DNA of 64,000 nucleotides, from assembly GCA_028686075.1 (NCBI GenBank), contig JAQUCT010000004.1, positions 1,833 to 65,832 on the forward strand, read 5' to 3'. Position numbers and translations under genes: made by a program. Under the pieces are notes generated by a model. It did not search any database, had not been told where the DNA came from, and saw only the letters and a list, made by a program, of their open reading frames with translations. The DNA comes from Bacillota bacterium (GTDB lineage Bacteria > Bacillota > Clostridia > Ch29). Each line of letters opens with the position of its first letter. The stretch's first letter is position 1. This document shows, piece after piece, positions 32,340 through 43,113 of this stretch.

Positions 32340-32972
32340 TTAATTGGCCTCAATTATTACCCTTCTTTCCTCTTTCCTGAGACACCCCCGGCAATACAGG
32401 TCCACCGCCCGGGGCAGAAGAATATGTTCAATCCGCAGTACCCTTTTGGCCAGGCTGTCCACCGTATCCTCCGGAAGCACCTCCACCGCCTGCTGCAATA
32501 TTATGGGCCCGGTATCGGTGCCCTCGTCCACAAAATGTACCGTGGCACCGGTTACCTTTACCCCGTACTCCAGAACCTCCCTATGTACCCTCTCTCCGTA
32601 ATATCCACTGCCGCAGAATGAAGGTATCAGCGAAGGGTGAATATTTATTATGGCATCCCTGTAGGCCCTGACAAAGGCCGCCGACAGTATCTTCATGTAC
32701 CCCGCCAGCACCACAAGGTCTATTCTCCTTTTTCTAAGGGCCTCTAATATTGCGTCGTTGTAGTCCTCCGATCCCTTAAAGGTCCGCGGGTTAATCCACA
32801 GTGCCTCTATACCGTTTGCCATAGCCCTTTCCAGCGCATAGGCCCTTTCATTGTCCGAAACCACAAGCTGCAGGACTGCGTTATTAATATTACCGTTCTT
32901 TATTCCGTCTATTACCGACTGCAGGTTTGTACCCCTGCCGGACGCCAGCACTGCTATCCTCTTTTCGGCCAT
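32340..32972 (-). CDS. purN: phosphoribosylglycinamide formyltransferase
   Basis: RIAVLASGRGTNLQ; 210 aa. Confidence 0.9.
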   Translation of the reverse strand: MAEKRIAVLASGRGTNLQSVIDGIKNGNINNAVLQLVVSDNERAYALERAMANGIEALWINPRTFKGSEDYNDAILEALRKRRIDLVVLAGYMKILSAAFVRAYRDAIINIHPSLIPSFCGSGYYGERVHREVLEYGVKVTGATVHFVDEGTDTGPIILQQAVEVLPEDTVDSLAKRVLRIEHILLPRAVDLYCRGCLRKEERRVIIEAN

Positions 32973-33991
32973 AATTCCACTCCTCCGATTCCCCGGGATA
33001 TCCGCCCTATAACGCTGGCCCCGTCGTCCTTTAACCCTTCCAGCAGCAAGTCCGACTGGTCCGGGGCGACAGCCATTACAAGGCCTATTCCCATGTTAAA
33101 GGTCCTGTACATTTCCTCCTCCTCTATGCCGCCCCGCTTCTGGATATACCCAAACACCTGTGGTACCTCCCAGCCGCCCATATATACATCGGCTTTTAGA
33201 CCTTCGGGTATAATCCTTGGTATGTTTTCGTTAAACCCGCCTCCGGTTATATGCACTATACCCTTAATATAGGCAGTTTCCACAGCCTTTGAAACCTGTT
33301 TTACATAAATCCTGGTGGGTTTAATAAGTTCCTCTCCTAAGATGCAGCCCAGTTCCTCCACATAGGTTTCCGCCGTCATGCCCTCCTTTTCGAAGAGGAC
33401 CTTTCTTGCCAGCGAATAACCGTTGCTGTGCAGCCCCGATGAGGGCAGCCCCACCAAAAGGTCTCCCTCCCGTATCCTGCTCCCGTCTATAATGTCATCC
33501 CGGTCGGCAATGCCTACCGCAAAGCCCGCCAGGTCGTATTCGCCGGGGCTGTAAAAGTTAGGCATCTCTGCCGTCTCACCGCCTATAAGGGCACACCCCG
33601 CCTGGCAGCAGCCCTCGGATATGCCCTTTACTATATCTGCCACCTTACCGGGCACCAGTTTCCCTATGGCTATATAATCGAGAAAGAATAGTGGCCTTGC
33701 CCCCATGCAGGCAATATCGTTGACACACATGGCCACACAGTCTATACCCACCGTGTCGTGCTTGTCCATCATGAAGGCAATCTTCAGCTTGGTGCCCACT
33801 CCGTCGGTCCCTGAAACCAGCACCGGGTCCTTGTACCCGGTAAGGTCGGGCCGGAAAACACCGCCAAACCCCCCTATGCCGCCCAGCACTCCGGGGGTAT
33901 GGGTTTTCCTTATGTGCTCCTTCATTAAATCCACCGCCCGGGCACCGGCGTCTATATCCACACCGGAACCCCTGTAGGTCATCCTATCCAT
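32954..33991 (-). CDS. purM: phosphoribosylformylglycinamidine cyclo-ligase (AIR synthase)
   Basis: YRGSGVDIDAG...; start set at MDRMTY after SD GGGAGGG. Confidence 0.9.
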   Translation of the reverse strand: MDRMTYRGSGVDIDAGARAVDLMKEHIRKTHTPGVLGGIGGFGGVFRPDLTGYKDPVLVSGTDGVGTKLKIAFMMDKHDTVGIDCVAMCVNDIACMGARPLFFLDYIAIGKLVPGKVADIVKGISEGCCQAGCALIGGETAEMPNFYSPGEYDLAGFAVGIADRDDIIDGSRIREGDLLVGLPSSGLHSNGYSLARKVLFEKEGMTAETYVEELGCILGEELIKPTRIYVKQVSKAVETAYIKGIVHITGGGFNENIPRIIPEGLKADVYMGGWEVPQVFGYIQKRGGIEEEEMYRTFNMGIGLVMAVAPDQSDLLLEGLKDDGASVIGRISRGIGGVELWPKRG

Positions 33992-34064
33992 ATTAACCCT
34001 CCCGTCCTTATACAGATCATAGATCACAGGTCACAGATAACAGTTCGTAGTTGGTACAGCATAA

Positions 34065-34088
34065 CACAAGAGAACCGTCCCTCTGTGT
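34065..34088 (-). repeat. small palindromic element with conserved loop (copy H1) in the purF-purM spacer
   Basis: ACACAAGAG-AACCGTCC-CTCTGTGT; loop shared with 39580, 45334 and 59223. Confidence 0.6.
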
Positions 34089-34092
34089 TCCT

Positions 34093-35469
34093 CTAAATAG
34101 GGTAGCTACCGCTAAAGCATGCGTGGCAGTATTCCCTGCCTTCCCCCACCGCTTCTATCAGGCCCTCAAGGCTCAGATACCCTAAGCTATCCGCTTCTAT
34201 CCTATCCCTTATTTCATCATCGCTTAAATTAGCTCCCACCAGATTCTCCCTGTTGGGGGTATCTATACCGAAATTGCAGGAGTGCTGCACCGGCGGCGAA
34301 CTCACCCGGAAATGCACCTCCACCGCACCGGCACCTTTTAGCATCCTTACCAGGTTGCGGCTTGTAGTACCCCTTACGATTGAATCGTCTACCATTATCA
34401 CTCTCTTGCCCTTTACCATATCCTCAAGCACATTAAGCTTTAACGCCACGCCAATCTCTCTCTGCCTTTGTTTAGGCTCAATGAATGTCCTGCCCACATA
34501 CCGGTTCTTAACAAGGCCCTCCACAAAGGGAATCCCCGAAGCCTCCGAATAGCCGATAGCCGCAGCGGTACCGGAATCCGGCACCGAAATAACTATATCC
34601 GCCTCCGCCGGATGCTCCTTAAAAAGATTGGCTCCTGCCCTACGACGGGACATGTATATATTCCTGCCCCCCATAACGCTGTCCGGCCTGCCAAAGTATA
34701 TGAATTCAAAAACGCACAGCTTATTTGTCTTAGGTCCCTTACAGAAAAAACTGTGCACCCCTTCTTTGTCAATCACCACCATCTCCCCCGGCTCAACATC
34801 CCTTATAAGCTTTGCTTCCACCGTATCAAAGGCACAGCTTTCGGAGGACAGCATGTATCGTCCGTCCTTTATGCCAAGGCTTAAGGGTCTTATACCGTTG
34901 GGGTCCCTCACCCCTATAAGCCGGTCGGAGGTCATTATTATAAGCGCGTAGGCCCCTCTTATGCAGTTCATTGTATCCTTTACAGCTTCAAGTATGTCAC
35001 CTTTGTCCTTCCGCGCCACCAGGTTAGCAATAACCTCACTGTCCACCGAGGTCTGGAATATTACACCCTCCTGCTCAAGCTGACGGCGCAGGTCCTCTGC
35101 GTTTACAAGGCTGCCGTTATGAGCCAGGGCAAGGCTACCGTTCCTGTATTTTACCACCAGAGGCTGCGCGTTTATCACATTGCTATCCCTCATGGTGGAA
35201 TACCTTACATGGCCGCAGGCAATACTCCCCTCCAGCTCCTCCAACAGGGCATCGTCAAACACCTCGAACACAAGACCCATCTGCTTGTGGTGCATTATAT
35301 TGCCTTCTTTTGCCACCGCTATTCCGGCACTTTGCTGTCCACGGTGCTGTAGCGCATACAGCCCGTAATAGGTTGTCCGGGCGAGGCCTTCTCCTTCTTT
35401 GCCGTAAACACCGAAAACACCGCACTCTTCCTTTGGCTTATCGCTTGCGACAGTTACTCCATTATACAC
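34093..35469 (-). CDS. purF: amidophosphoribosyltransferase (with propeptide before catalytic Cys)
   Basis: ...[11 protein letters not shown]-terminal nucleophile motif; 458 aa. Confidence 0.92.
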   Translation of the reverse strand: MYNGVTVASDKPKEECGVFGVYGKEGEGLARTTYYGLYALQHRGQQSAGIAVAKEGNIMHHKQMGLVFEVFDDALLEELEGSIACGHVRYSTMRDSNVINAQPLVVKYRNGSLALAHNGSLVNAEDLRRQLEQEGVIFQTSVDSEVIANLVARKDKGDILEAVKDTMNCIRGAYALIIMTSDRLIGVRDPNGIRPLSLGIKDGRYMLSSESCAFDTVEAKLIRDVEPGEMVVIDKEGVHSFFCKGPKTNKLCVFEFIYFGRPDSVMGGRNIYMSRRRAGANLFKEHPAEADIVISVPDSGTAAAIGYSEASGIPFVEGLVKNRYVGRTFIEPKQRQREIGVALKLNVLEDMVKGKRVIMVDDSIVRGTTSRNLVRMLKGAGAVEVHFRVSSPPVQHSCNFGIDTPNRENLVGANLSDDEIRDRIEADSLGYLSLEGLIEAVGEGREYCHACFSGSYPI

Positions 35470-37652
35470 TCTATCGCCTCCCGCCAGTCGGTTTCCATAT
35501 CCTTCACCGCCATCTGGATTCCCCTTTGGCCGGCGATATCAATAATAAGTTCCTTACCCCTGACCCTTCCCAATACCGTGACGGGTATGCCAAACCGCGA
35601 AGCGGCATCCTTTACCCTCTCAAGGTCGCTTTGGCGGACTGTAATCACTATCCTGGACTGGCCCTCACCAAACAGCAGCAAATCCTCCCGACCGCAGCCC
35701 TCGAGCTCAACTTTGGCACCTATTTCTCCGGATATGCAGCTTTCCGCAAGGGCCACCGCGATACCGCCTTCGCTACAGTCGTGAGCGGATTTAACCGTCC
35801 CGCCCCTTATAAGTTCAAGGCAGCAGCCCTGCACCCTTTTTTCCCTGTCAAGGTCAAGCTTAGGGGCACTGCCCCGTTCCAGACCGTATACAACCTTCAA
35901 ATACTCGCTCCCACCTGCCTCCTGGGTGTTTTCCCCCAGAAGCACTATTACGTCCCCTTCTTCCTTAAAGCCCTGAGTTGTGATATGGCTGATATCTTCA
36001 ACAACTCCCACCATACCCACCACCGGGGTGGGGAATACCGCATCGGTGTCGGTCTCGTTGTAAAAGCTCACATTACCGCTTATAACCGGAGTATCCAGTG
36101 CCCGGCACGCTTCACTCATGCCGGAAACCGCCTGGCGGAACTGCCAAAACACGCCCGGCTTTTCCGGGTTGCCAAAGTTCAAACAATCGGTTGCCGCCAG
36201 GGGCTGTGCGCCGCTGCACACTAGGTTTCGTGCCGCCTCCGCCACCGCTATGGCTCCGCCTGTCGCCGGGTCTAAATAGCAGTACCTGCTGTTGCAGTCG
36301 GCAGTAAGGGCAATGGCCTTGTTTGTACCCCTAATTCTTACAACCGCCGCGTCGGAACCGGGGGTCACAGCTGTACAGGTCCGCACCATATAGTCAAACT
36401 GACGATACGCCCATTCCTTGCTGGCAATGTTGGGACTTTTTAATAAGCTAACAAGCACACCGTTCAGGTCATCGGGGACTTCCAGACCTCTTTCGTCCAA
36501 AACCCCCACCTGCTTCAGATAGGACGGCTCCTTATATTCCCTGTAATAGATCGGAGCGTCCTCCGCCAGCGACTTGGCGGGAACACTTCCCACAACTTCG
36601 TCCCCGTCCCTTATGGTTAGCATCCCATCATCGGTTACCCGTCCTATTACTGATGAATTGAGACCCCATTTTTTAAATATGCCGGTTACCTCCTCTTCCC
36701 GGCCCTTTTCCACTATCACAAGCATCCGCTCCTGGGATTCCGATATCATAACCTCCACCGGCACCATACCGGTTTCCCGCCTGGGAACCAGGCTTACGTC
36801 AATGTCCATACCGCTGCCGCCTCGGCTTGCGGTCTCGCTGGACGCGGAGGTAAGCCCCGCAGCACCCAGGTCCTGTACCCCTACCACGCAGCCGGTTTCG
36901 AACAGCTCAAGGCATGCCTCCAGCAACAGTTTTTCCAAAAAGGGATCCCCCACCTGCATCGGCGAACGTTTTTCCTCGGATTCTTTGTTCAGTTCCACCG
37001 ACGCAAAGCTAGCTCCCCCCATACCGTCCCGACCGGTTGAAGCACCCACTATCATTACCGCGTTGCCCGCCCCCGAGGCTGTGCCCCGCTTTATATCACC
37101 GTGACGGATTATTCCTACACACATAGCGTTAACCAGGGGATTGCCCCTGTAGCAGTCGTTAAAATACACCTCACCGCCCACGGTGGGAATTCCTATACAG
37201 TTGCCGTAGCCGCCAATTCCTGCTACCGCGTTTTCGAACAGGTACTTGGTCCTATCGCTTTCCAGTTCGCCAAACCTCAGCGAATTAAGAAGCGCGACCG
37301 GTCTTGCCCCCATTGTGAATATATCCCTAATAATACCCCCAGCACCAGTGGCAGCACCCTGGTAGGGCTCCACCGCCGATGGGTGGTTGTGACTTTCTAT
37401 CTTCATGACCACCGCCAGACCATCGCCTATATCAACTATGCCGGCGTTTTCGCCCGGACCCTGCAGCACCCTGTCGCCGGAGGTGGGAAACACCCTTAAA
37501 ACCTGTTTGGAGTTTTTGTAGCTGCAATGTTCCGACCACATTACACCGTACAGGTTTAGTTCCAGCCCATTTGGCTCCCTCCCCAGCATCTTCACTATTC
37601 GTTCGTATTCCTCGAAGGTAAGTCCCACTCTTTCATAGGGTTTTTTATCCAT
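35454..37652 (-). CDS. purL: phosphoribosylformylglycinamidine synthase II
   Basis: 732 aa, tandem AIRS/AIRS_C domains. Confidence 0.92.
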   Translation of the reverse strand: MDKKPYERVGLTFEEYERIVKMLGREPNGLELNLYGVMWSEHCSYKNSKQVLRVFPTSGDRVLQGPGENAGIVDIGDGLAVVMKIESHNHPSAVEPYQGAATGAGGIIRDIFTMGARPVALLNSLRFGELESDRTKYLFENAVAGIGGYGNCIGIPTVGGEVYFNDCYRGNPLVNAMCVGIIRHGDIKRGTASGAGNAVMIVGASTGRDGMGGASFASVELNKESEEKRSPMQVGDPFLEKLLLEACLELFETGCVVGVQDLGAAGLTSASSETASRGGSGMDIDVSLVPRRETGMVPVEVMISESQERMLVIVEKGREEEVTGIFKKWGLNSSVIGRVTDDGMLTIRDGDEVVGSVPAKSLAEDAPIYYREYKEPSYLKQVGVLDERGLEVPDDLNGVLVSLLKSPNIASKEWAYRQFDYMVRTCTAVTPGSDAAVVRIRGTNKAIALTADCNSRYCYLDPATGGAIAVAEAARNLVCSGAQPLAATDCLNFGNPEKPGVFWQFRQAVSGMSEACRALDTPVISGNVSFYNETDTDAVFPTPVVGMVGVVEDISHITTQGFKEEGDVIVLLGENTQEAGGSEYLKVVYGLERGSAPKLDLDREKRVQGCCLELIRGGTVKSAHDCSEGGIAVALAESCISGEIGAKVELEGCGREDLLLFGEGQSRIVITVRQSDLERVKDAASRFGIPVTVLGRVRGKELIIDIAGQRGIQMAVKDMETDWREAIECIME

Positions 37653-38352
37653 TCACAGCACCCCCCTTCAGGTAGTTAATAATGGACTTGAATATTACCG
37701 CTCCGTCCCTGCCCTCCAATATTTCTTCCATACACCTTTCCGGATGGGGCATCATACCTAATACGTTTCCCTCCCGGTTGCAAACGCCCGCAATGTTTTG
37801 CAAAGAACCATCGGGGTTTGACGCATCCGTCACCTCTCCGTCCCGGGCGCAGTACCTGAAAACTATCTGGTTGTTTTCCTCCATTCTCTTTAAGGTCTCA
37901 TCGCCCACGTAATAGTTACCGTCGCCGTGAGCTATGGGAATTCTGAGTATCTGCCCTTTGCCGCACAGGTTGGTAAAGGGAGTGCTTATACTTTCGGTCC
38001 GTATATATACATTTTCACAGATAAATTTCATATTGTTGTTTCGAAGGAACGCCCCGGGCAAAATGCCGGACTCGACCAGTACCTGAAATCCGTTGCTTAT
38101 GCCTATCACCGGTTTACCGCTTTCCACAAACTCCACAACCCTGTCCATTACCGGCGAAACCTTTGCAATGGCCCCGCCCCGGAGGTAGCTGCCGTAGGAG
38201 AAACCCCCCGGCAGTACTATACAGTCATAGGAACCTAAGTTTTTTGTCCTATGCCAGATGTACTCGGTGTCCTGGTCCAGCACATCTCTCAGGGCATTAT
38301 AACAGTCTATATCGCAGTTGGAACCCGGAAATACCACTACCCCGAATTTCAT
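37645..38352 (-). CDS. purQ: phosphoribosylformylglycinamidine synthase I (glutaminase)
   Basis: [14 protein letters not shown]...; class I GATase triad. Confidence 0.9.
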   Translation of the reverse strand: MKFGVVVFPGSNCDIDCYNALRDVLDQDTEYIWHRTKNLGSYDCIVLPGGFSYGSYLRGGAIAKVSPVMDRVVEFVESGKPVIGISNGFQVLVESGILPGAFLRNNNMKFICENVYIRTESISTPFTNLCGKGQILRIPIAHGDGNYYVGDETLKRMEENNQIVFRYCARDGEVTDASNPDGSLQNIAGVCNREGNVLGMMPHPERCMEEILEGRDGAVIFKSIINYLKGGAVNG

Positions 38353-38603
38353 GGCTGTACCTCCAGTATGTCATAAGTGTAGTCCTCTATAACAGTATTG
38401 GCCAAAAGGGTATCGCACATATCCTTTACCCTTTTTTCAGCCTCTTTTGAGCTTTTGTCCGCAAGCTTAATCTCTATCAGCTTGCCCATACGTACATCCT
38501 TTACACCGTCGTATTCCATAGACAAAAGTGCTTCTTTAATTGCGTTGCCCTGGGGGTCGGCTATGCTCTTTTTTAGCGTAATGTAAACCTTTGCGTAAAA
38601 CAT
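38349..38603 (-). CDS. purS: FGAM synthase PurS subunit
   Basis: 84 aa; [19 protein letters not shown]. Confidence 0.88.
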   Translation of the reverse strand: MFYAKVYITLKKSIADPQGNAIKEALLSMEYDGVKDVRMGKLIEIKLADKSSKEAEKRVKDMCDTLLANTVIEDYTYDILEVQP

Positions 38604-38604
38604 G

Positions 38605-39093
38605 TTATATCCCTCCTATGATTCTGGCATCCTTTTCCGCTACCTTACTTGCCATCTTATCCCTGTATTCTTTTAGCTTTTCCGCCAGCTCCGGGTATTT
38701 TAACGAAAGCATCTGAACCGCCAGCAGTGCGGCGTTCTCACTTCCGTTTATACCAACGGTGGCCACCGGTATCCCGGCCGGCATCTGCACTATTGACAGA
38801 AGGGAATCCATCCCGTCCATTAAGGAGGATTTTATCGGTATACCAATAACCGGAACCAGTGTCATGGCTGCCAGCACTCCCGGAAGGTGGGCTGCCTTTC
38901 CGGCGGCCGCTATTATTACCTCTACCCCCGACTGCTGCGCTCCCTTTGCGAATTCCGCCGCCACATACGGTGTCCTGTGGGCGGAAATAACCCTTACTTC
39001 TCTTTGGACGTCAAACCGCTCAAGAGTTTCAATTGCCTTTTCCACAACCGGAAAGTCGGAATCACTTCCCATTACTATTGCAACCTTTGGCAT
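38605..39093 (-). CDS. purE: N5-CAIR mutase / AIR carboxylase catalytic subunit
   Basis: VAIVMGSDSD...; 162 aa; no purK anywhere in the window. Confidence 0.9.
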   Translation of the reverse strand: MPKVAIVMGSDSDFPVVEKAIETLERFDVQREVRVISAHRTPYVAAEFAKGAQQSGVEVIIAAAGKAAHLPGVLAAMTLVPVIGIPIKSSLMDGMDSLLSIVQMPAGIPVATVGINGSENAALLAVQMLSLKYPELAEKLKEYRDKMASKVAEKDARIIGGI

Positions 39094-39274
39094 AGCATTA
39101 ACTCCCTTCGAATATTTTTGGGCTTTGGGCCCCGCCCCTTTGTTTCACATCCCCTGAAATGGGCCGGGCCGGAAAAAAGATAAACCCCGCCGGAGTATAG
39201 GTGAAACCTCCGCAGGGTTTTGTTCACGGGGGGTACGGGAACCGTACGCAAATTTGCAAATGCAAATCCGCTTT

Positions 39275-39344
39275 CACCCATAGTCAAGCAATTTACGGTC
39301 ACTTGGTAGAAACTTGCGGGCCAATCCCCGCCATTATATGAGTG
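39275..39344 (-). promoter_or_regulatory. purine (guanine) riboswitch aptamer in the pur operon leader
   Basis: Minus strand CACTCATATAATGGCGGGGATTGGCCCGCAAGTTTCTACCAAGTGACCGTAAATTGCTTGACTATGGGTG is near-identical in architecture to the B. subtilis xpt G-box and carries the discriminator C. Confidence 0.85.
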
Positions 39345-39579
39345 AAACAAATTATTTGCTTTTCTTTCTTTTATATTAACAAAGGGGATTAGCAGTGTCA
39401 ATAGAAATGGCGAATAAATAGGTTAGAATCTGCGTGTTTGTATTGTGTGTTACGTATATTAGTAATATTTTTATATTTAATGTACGGGTTTTCGCAGGAG
39501 GGTAAGGCCAATGCCTGGTTTTACAGGTGCAGGAGGAATGTATCACAGTTATGGATGCCGTCACGGCAAATCCAAAAAA

Positions 39580-39625
39580 GACAGGAGAACCGTCCCCTTG
39601 TCTTGGAGAACCGTCCCCTTGTCTT
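39580..39625 (-). repeat. tandemly duplicated palindromic element (H4a/H4b) serving as the likely terminator downstream of the phosphoglycerate mutase gene
   Basis: AGACAGGAG-AACCGTCCCCTTGTCTTGGAG-AACCGTCCCCTTGTCT; on the minus strand H4a is followed by TTTTTT. Confidence 0.6.
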
Positions 39626-39683
39626 TCTTGTCCCCAACCCCGGAGGTGTTGAAACCATCTCCGGGGCTGGGGGACAAAAATAA

Positions 39684-40895
39684 TCAGGCGCCGTATTTAT
39701 CAAGGCGCAGCGCGTTTGCCAACAGCACCGTCATAAGATGCCGGCTTTCAAAGAACCCAAGCCCACCTATATTGCACTGATTTTCGGTAAATCGCACCGC
39801 ATCGTCGGTGCCGCTAAACTGCGAGTTCAAAAGGACCGGCACCGGATGCCAGCTGTGGGAGTACATCGGACAGGGCGACGAATGGTCGCCGGTAATAGCC
39901 AGCACGTTGGGTCTTTTTTCGTAAAGAATCGGCAGTGCTCTGTCCACCTTCTCTATCACATCCACCTTGGTGAGGAACTCCCCATCCTCCCCGGCCTGGT
40001 CGGTACCCTTTACGTGTATAAAGAAAAAATCGTACTTGTTATGGAACTCTATGTAGGCCTTAAACAGTCCTTCTATTGTATCCGGTGCGGTCAGAAGAGT
40101 CATTCCCAGAAGGTCGGCTATGCCCCGGTACATTGGATAGGACGCAATGGCCGCAGCCTCCAGCTTGAACCTCTCCTTTAACCCGGGTATTTTTGGCCTT
40201 GAGGAGATACCCCTAAGTAGCATCCCGTTGGCCGGCTGCTGCTCTTGCAAAAGCACCCTTGCCCTTTCCACAAATTTGTTTATAATCCCCGCGGTAAAGA
40301 CTGCTTCCTCCTTTTGTGGCTTAGCCTGGAGGGGAGCGTGTCCCTCATGCTGCGGGTCGGTATCGTCCACCGCCGGATTCAAGTTATCGCCCCTTAAAAC
40401 CACCACAAACCGGTGTCCCTTACCCGGCTCCACCGTTACCTTCACGCCATCTATTTCCTTTATTCGGCTTAGGATGCCGCACAGCTCCTTGTTTTTCTCA
40501 GTGGATATTCTACCCGCTCTCCTATCGCAAATTATGCCGTCACCGTCCAGGGTAGCAAAGTTGGCTCTGGCCGCAACATCACCGTGCTTTAGTTCAATAC
40601 CCAGCCCTACCGCTTCCAATACCCCCCTGCCTATTACCACCTCAAGGGGATTGTATCCAAAAATGCCTAAGTGGCCGGGTCCGCTTCCGGGAGTTATACC
40701 CGGCATAACTGGTATATGCCTTCCACACACCGATTCTTTTGCCAGCGCGTCCAAGTTGGGTGTATTTGCATACTCCAGAGGCGTTTTGTTGTCAAACTCC
40801 GGGCTGCGTATATCCCCCAGACCGTCCATCACCACCATTACTATCTTAGAATTGTTCTCCTTCAAAAGGCCCTCCAGAATAGTATCGGTATCCAT
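39684..40895 (-). CDS. apgM: cofactor-independent phosphoglycerate mutase, archaeal-type (ApgM/metalloenzyme superfamily)
   Basis: 403 aa; IMVVMDGLGD..., DHSSPC metal-binding motifs; SD GGGAGGG. Confidence 0.75.
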   Translation of the reverse strand: MDTDTILEGLLKENNSKIVMVVMDGLGDIRSPEFDNKTPLEYANTPNLDALAKESVCGRHIPVMPGITPGSGPGHLGIFGYNPLEVVIGRGVLEAVGLGIELKHGDVAARANFATLDGDGIICDRRAGRISTEKNKELCGILSRIKEIDGVKVTVEPGKGHRFVVVLRGDNLNPAVDDTDPQHEGHAPLQAKPQKEEAVFTAGIINKFVERARVLLQEQQPANGMLLRGISSRPKIPGLKERFKLEAAAIASYPMYRGIADLLGMTLLTAPDTIEGLFKAYIEFHNKYDFFFIHVKGTDQAGEDGEFLTKVDVIEKVDRALPILYEKRPNVLAITGDHSSPCPMYSHSWHPVPVLLNSQFSGTDDAVRFTENQCNIGGLGFFESRHLMTVLLANALRLDKYGA

Positions 40896-41500
40896 ATTAA
40901 AACCCTCCCTGTTTTAGTAACCTTATATGCTGTTCTTCCTTCCAAACCCTCTATTGCTCCCTTAAACCCTTTCTCCAATCAACCCTGTTTAAACGGTATA
41001 GCTTGTGAAACTTCAACATTAAATCCGTTATCCGTATATTTTAAGGTCATCTAATCTTTCCTGTCATAGCATTACCGCCAACTCATTATTGTTATTATAC
41101 GATCCTACATAATAATAATACCATACCTTATAGCCCGCAACCGTATCCACGATACAACAATAGTAACCTATGACCTTTATCACTAAAGCTTTATTAGCTC
41201 CAAAAATACTATACTCATATAATACACGATATTTGCCGATACGTAAACGCTGCAATAGTGGAATAAAGCCCTAAGCATTCAAATATCGCCTCCAGGCGGA
41301 TATCCGGTTAGCCCCTCAATATTTTGTTTCATCCTAAGCTCTGGGCCTATCAAATAAAAGTAATTTCTTAACCTTGAAACTTTCTTTATTAGGAAGTACA
41401 ATAAAATTGTGCCAAAGAACGCTTCTAAGCTGCCGGCGGCATGCACAAAAAATGTCATACCATATAAGCTACCTGCATTTGTTAGCGAGGAGGCAAAGAA

Positions 41501-42949
41501 ATGGCAGATAATAGAGTTAAACGCGCCGCTTCATATATAAACTTAAGCGAGCGGGAGCTGTCAATAATAGTCCATTCCCTGTTTTCTGCCTGGATGCTGG
41601 CCTTCCTCTTTGAGGGGCAAATATTCTATTCCCTTGCCGGCTCTTTTGACCTAGACCCTGCCATAATGGTCTTCTGTGGAATTGCAGCTATATTTACCGG
41701 ACTGCTGCTATGCGGATTTTTTATCAAAACAAAGAAAGCGGCGCGACGCTTATTCTTGTGTTCTTATCCTATTTTCATAGCTGTTTCCGCTATCTTTTTC
41801 TTCCCGCCGTCTGCATTTTGGACCTTTGGAATGATGGTGGGCTCATTTTCGGCCGGAGGCTGTGTGGCGGCCTGGGGCTTTTATTTAAAGAGCAGCACAC
41901 CGAAAAACGAGCGTATCAAAACGGCTGCCGATATGCTTATCTTTTCCAATGTCCTGATGATTTTGCTCAATATGACAGCCATTCACCTGTCGCCCCGCAT
42001 GGGACTGGCCTCCTCCATGCTCCTGCTTTTGGGTGCCTTTTTATTTGCATTGCGGCTCCCCGCAGGTCATGAAAACGTTTCCCCCGTTTCATCCCCGCAG
42101 AAGAATAACACAATAAGCATCACGGGGCTGCTTGCCTTTCTGTGTCTTTTTATTGTAATTATCACCATCAACTCAGGGCTTATGTACCAGGTGATTAATC
42201 CTGCCTTTGCGCATCTGGAATGGCTTACAGGCTGGTACTGGGCGATTCCTTACATTGTTGCCCTTTTCGTCATGAGGAATTTACCCCGGAAAACAAACAG
42301 AACCTATATACTCTATGTGGCCATAGCTATGATAGGGCTTTCATTTATAGGTTTCATGACCCTTGACCGCACCGCCGCCGGCTATCTCGTGGTAAACACG
42401 CTGATGCTGGGGGCTTGCGGTGTGTACGACCTGTTCTGGTGGAGCATCCTTGGAGAGATGCTTGACTTCCATAATAATCCTGCAAAAATTCTCGGTATTG
42501 GCCTTTCCGCCAATGTGCTGGGAGTGCTGCTGGGCGGGATGCTCGGTAACGCCATCACTTCCGCGGATCCGTACAGTTCACACCCCACGCTGCTGGCACT
42601 TACCGTGGTTTGCGTAACACTTACCCTCCTACCACCTTTGCATAAGCGTTTATCCTTCCTGCTCAAAGAGCATGCCTATCTAGCGGCATTTTTCGAAATG
42701 CCTGTGCTGGAGAAAACCAGCCAGGTGGATCGTACCTTAAGGTCCGGGGGCCTTTCTAAACGGGAAAGCGAGGTCGCTTCTTTGCTGCTTCAGGGGAAAA
42801 CCTATCGGACCATTGCCGGTGAGCTTTTTATCAGCGAAAACACGGTGAAGTATTACGTAAAAAACATTTATTCCAAATTCAGCATACAAAGCCGCGCGGA
42901 GCTTATTGATATCGTACTGAAAAAAGAAAGTGCAGCCCCGTCGAAATAG
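41501..42949 (+). CDS. membrane-anchored LuxR-family transcriptional regulator (about 10 TM segments plus C-terminal LuxR HTH)
   Basis: C-terminus LSKRESEVASLLLQGKTYRTIAGELFISENTVKYYVKNIYSKFS; about 400 aa of hydrophobic segments before it; SD GAGGAGG. Confidence 0.8.
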   Translation: MADNRVKRAASYINLSERELSIIVHSLFSAWMLAFLFEGQIFYSLAGSFDLDPAIMVFCGIAAIFTGLLLCGFFIKTKKAARRLFLCSYPIFIAVSAIFFFPPSAFWTFGMMVGSFSAGGCVAAWGFYLKSSTPKNERIKTAADMLIFSNVLMILLNMTAIHLSPRMGLASSMLLLLGAFLFALRLPAGHENVSPVSSPQKNNTISITGLLAFLCLFIVIITINSGLMYQVINPAFAHLEWLTGWYWAIPYIVALFVMRNLPRKTNRTYILYVAIAMIGLSFIGFMTLDRTAAGYLVVNTLMLGACGVYDLFWWSILGEMLDFHNNPAKILGIGLSANVLGVLLGGMLGNAITSADPYSSHPTLLALTVVCVTLTLLPPLHKRLSFLLKEHAYLAAFFEMPVLEKTSQVDRTLRSGGLSKRESEVASLLLQGKTYRTIAGELFISENTVKYYVKNIYSKFSIQSRAELIDIVLKKESAAPSK

Positions 42950-42975
42950 TATATCCTATAGCCGTGTGATTTGAA

Positions 42976-43006
42976 GCCCCTACCCGAAAAAGGTAGGGGC
43001 TTATTT
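42976..43006 (+). terminator. rho-independent terminator after the LuxR-family gene
   Basis: GCCCCTACC-CGAAAAA-GGTAGGGGC + TTATTTG, immediately followed by a second hairpin AAACTACCCG-TTT-CGGGTAGTTT (43011-43033). Confidence 0.8.
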
Positions 43007-43113
43007 GAATAAACTACCCGTTTCGGGTAGTTTTAACTTTCTCTTATCATGCTAATATACAATTGACAATAGATTTTGCCAATCCAATTATAATGCGAAA
43101 GGAAGTGTTCTCC

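Noticed and set aside
39511-39780. 89-aa plus-strand ORF with a GGAGGG 9 nt upstream of its ATG
   Set aside because: It overlaps the 3' end of apgM and the H4 palindromic repeats; the product is low-complexity (RTVPLS repeated because of the tandem DNA repeat). It is most likely not a gene.
41064-41255. 63-aa minus-strand ORF in the AT-rich gap
   Set aside because: Its composition is Tyr/Asn low-complexity (YYYYVGSYNNNNE), it has no SD, and it is likely non-coding.
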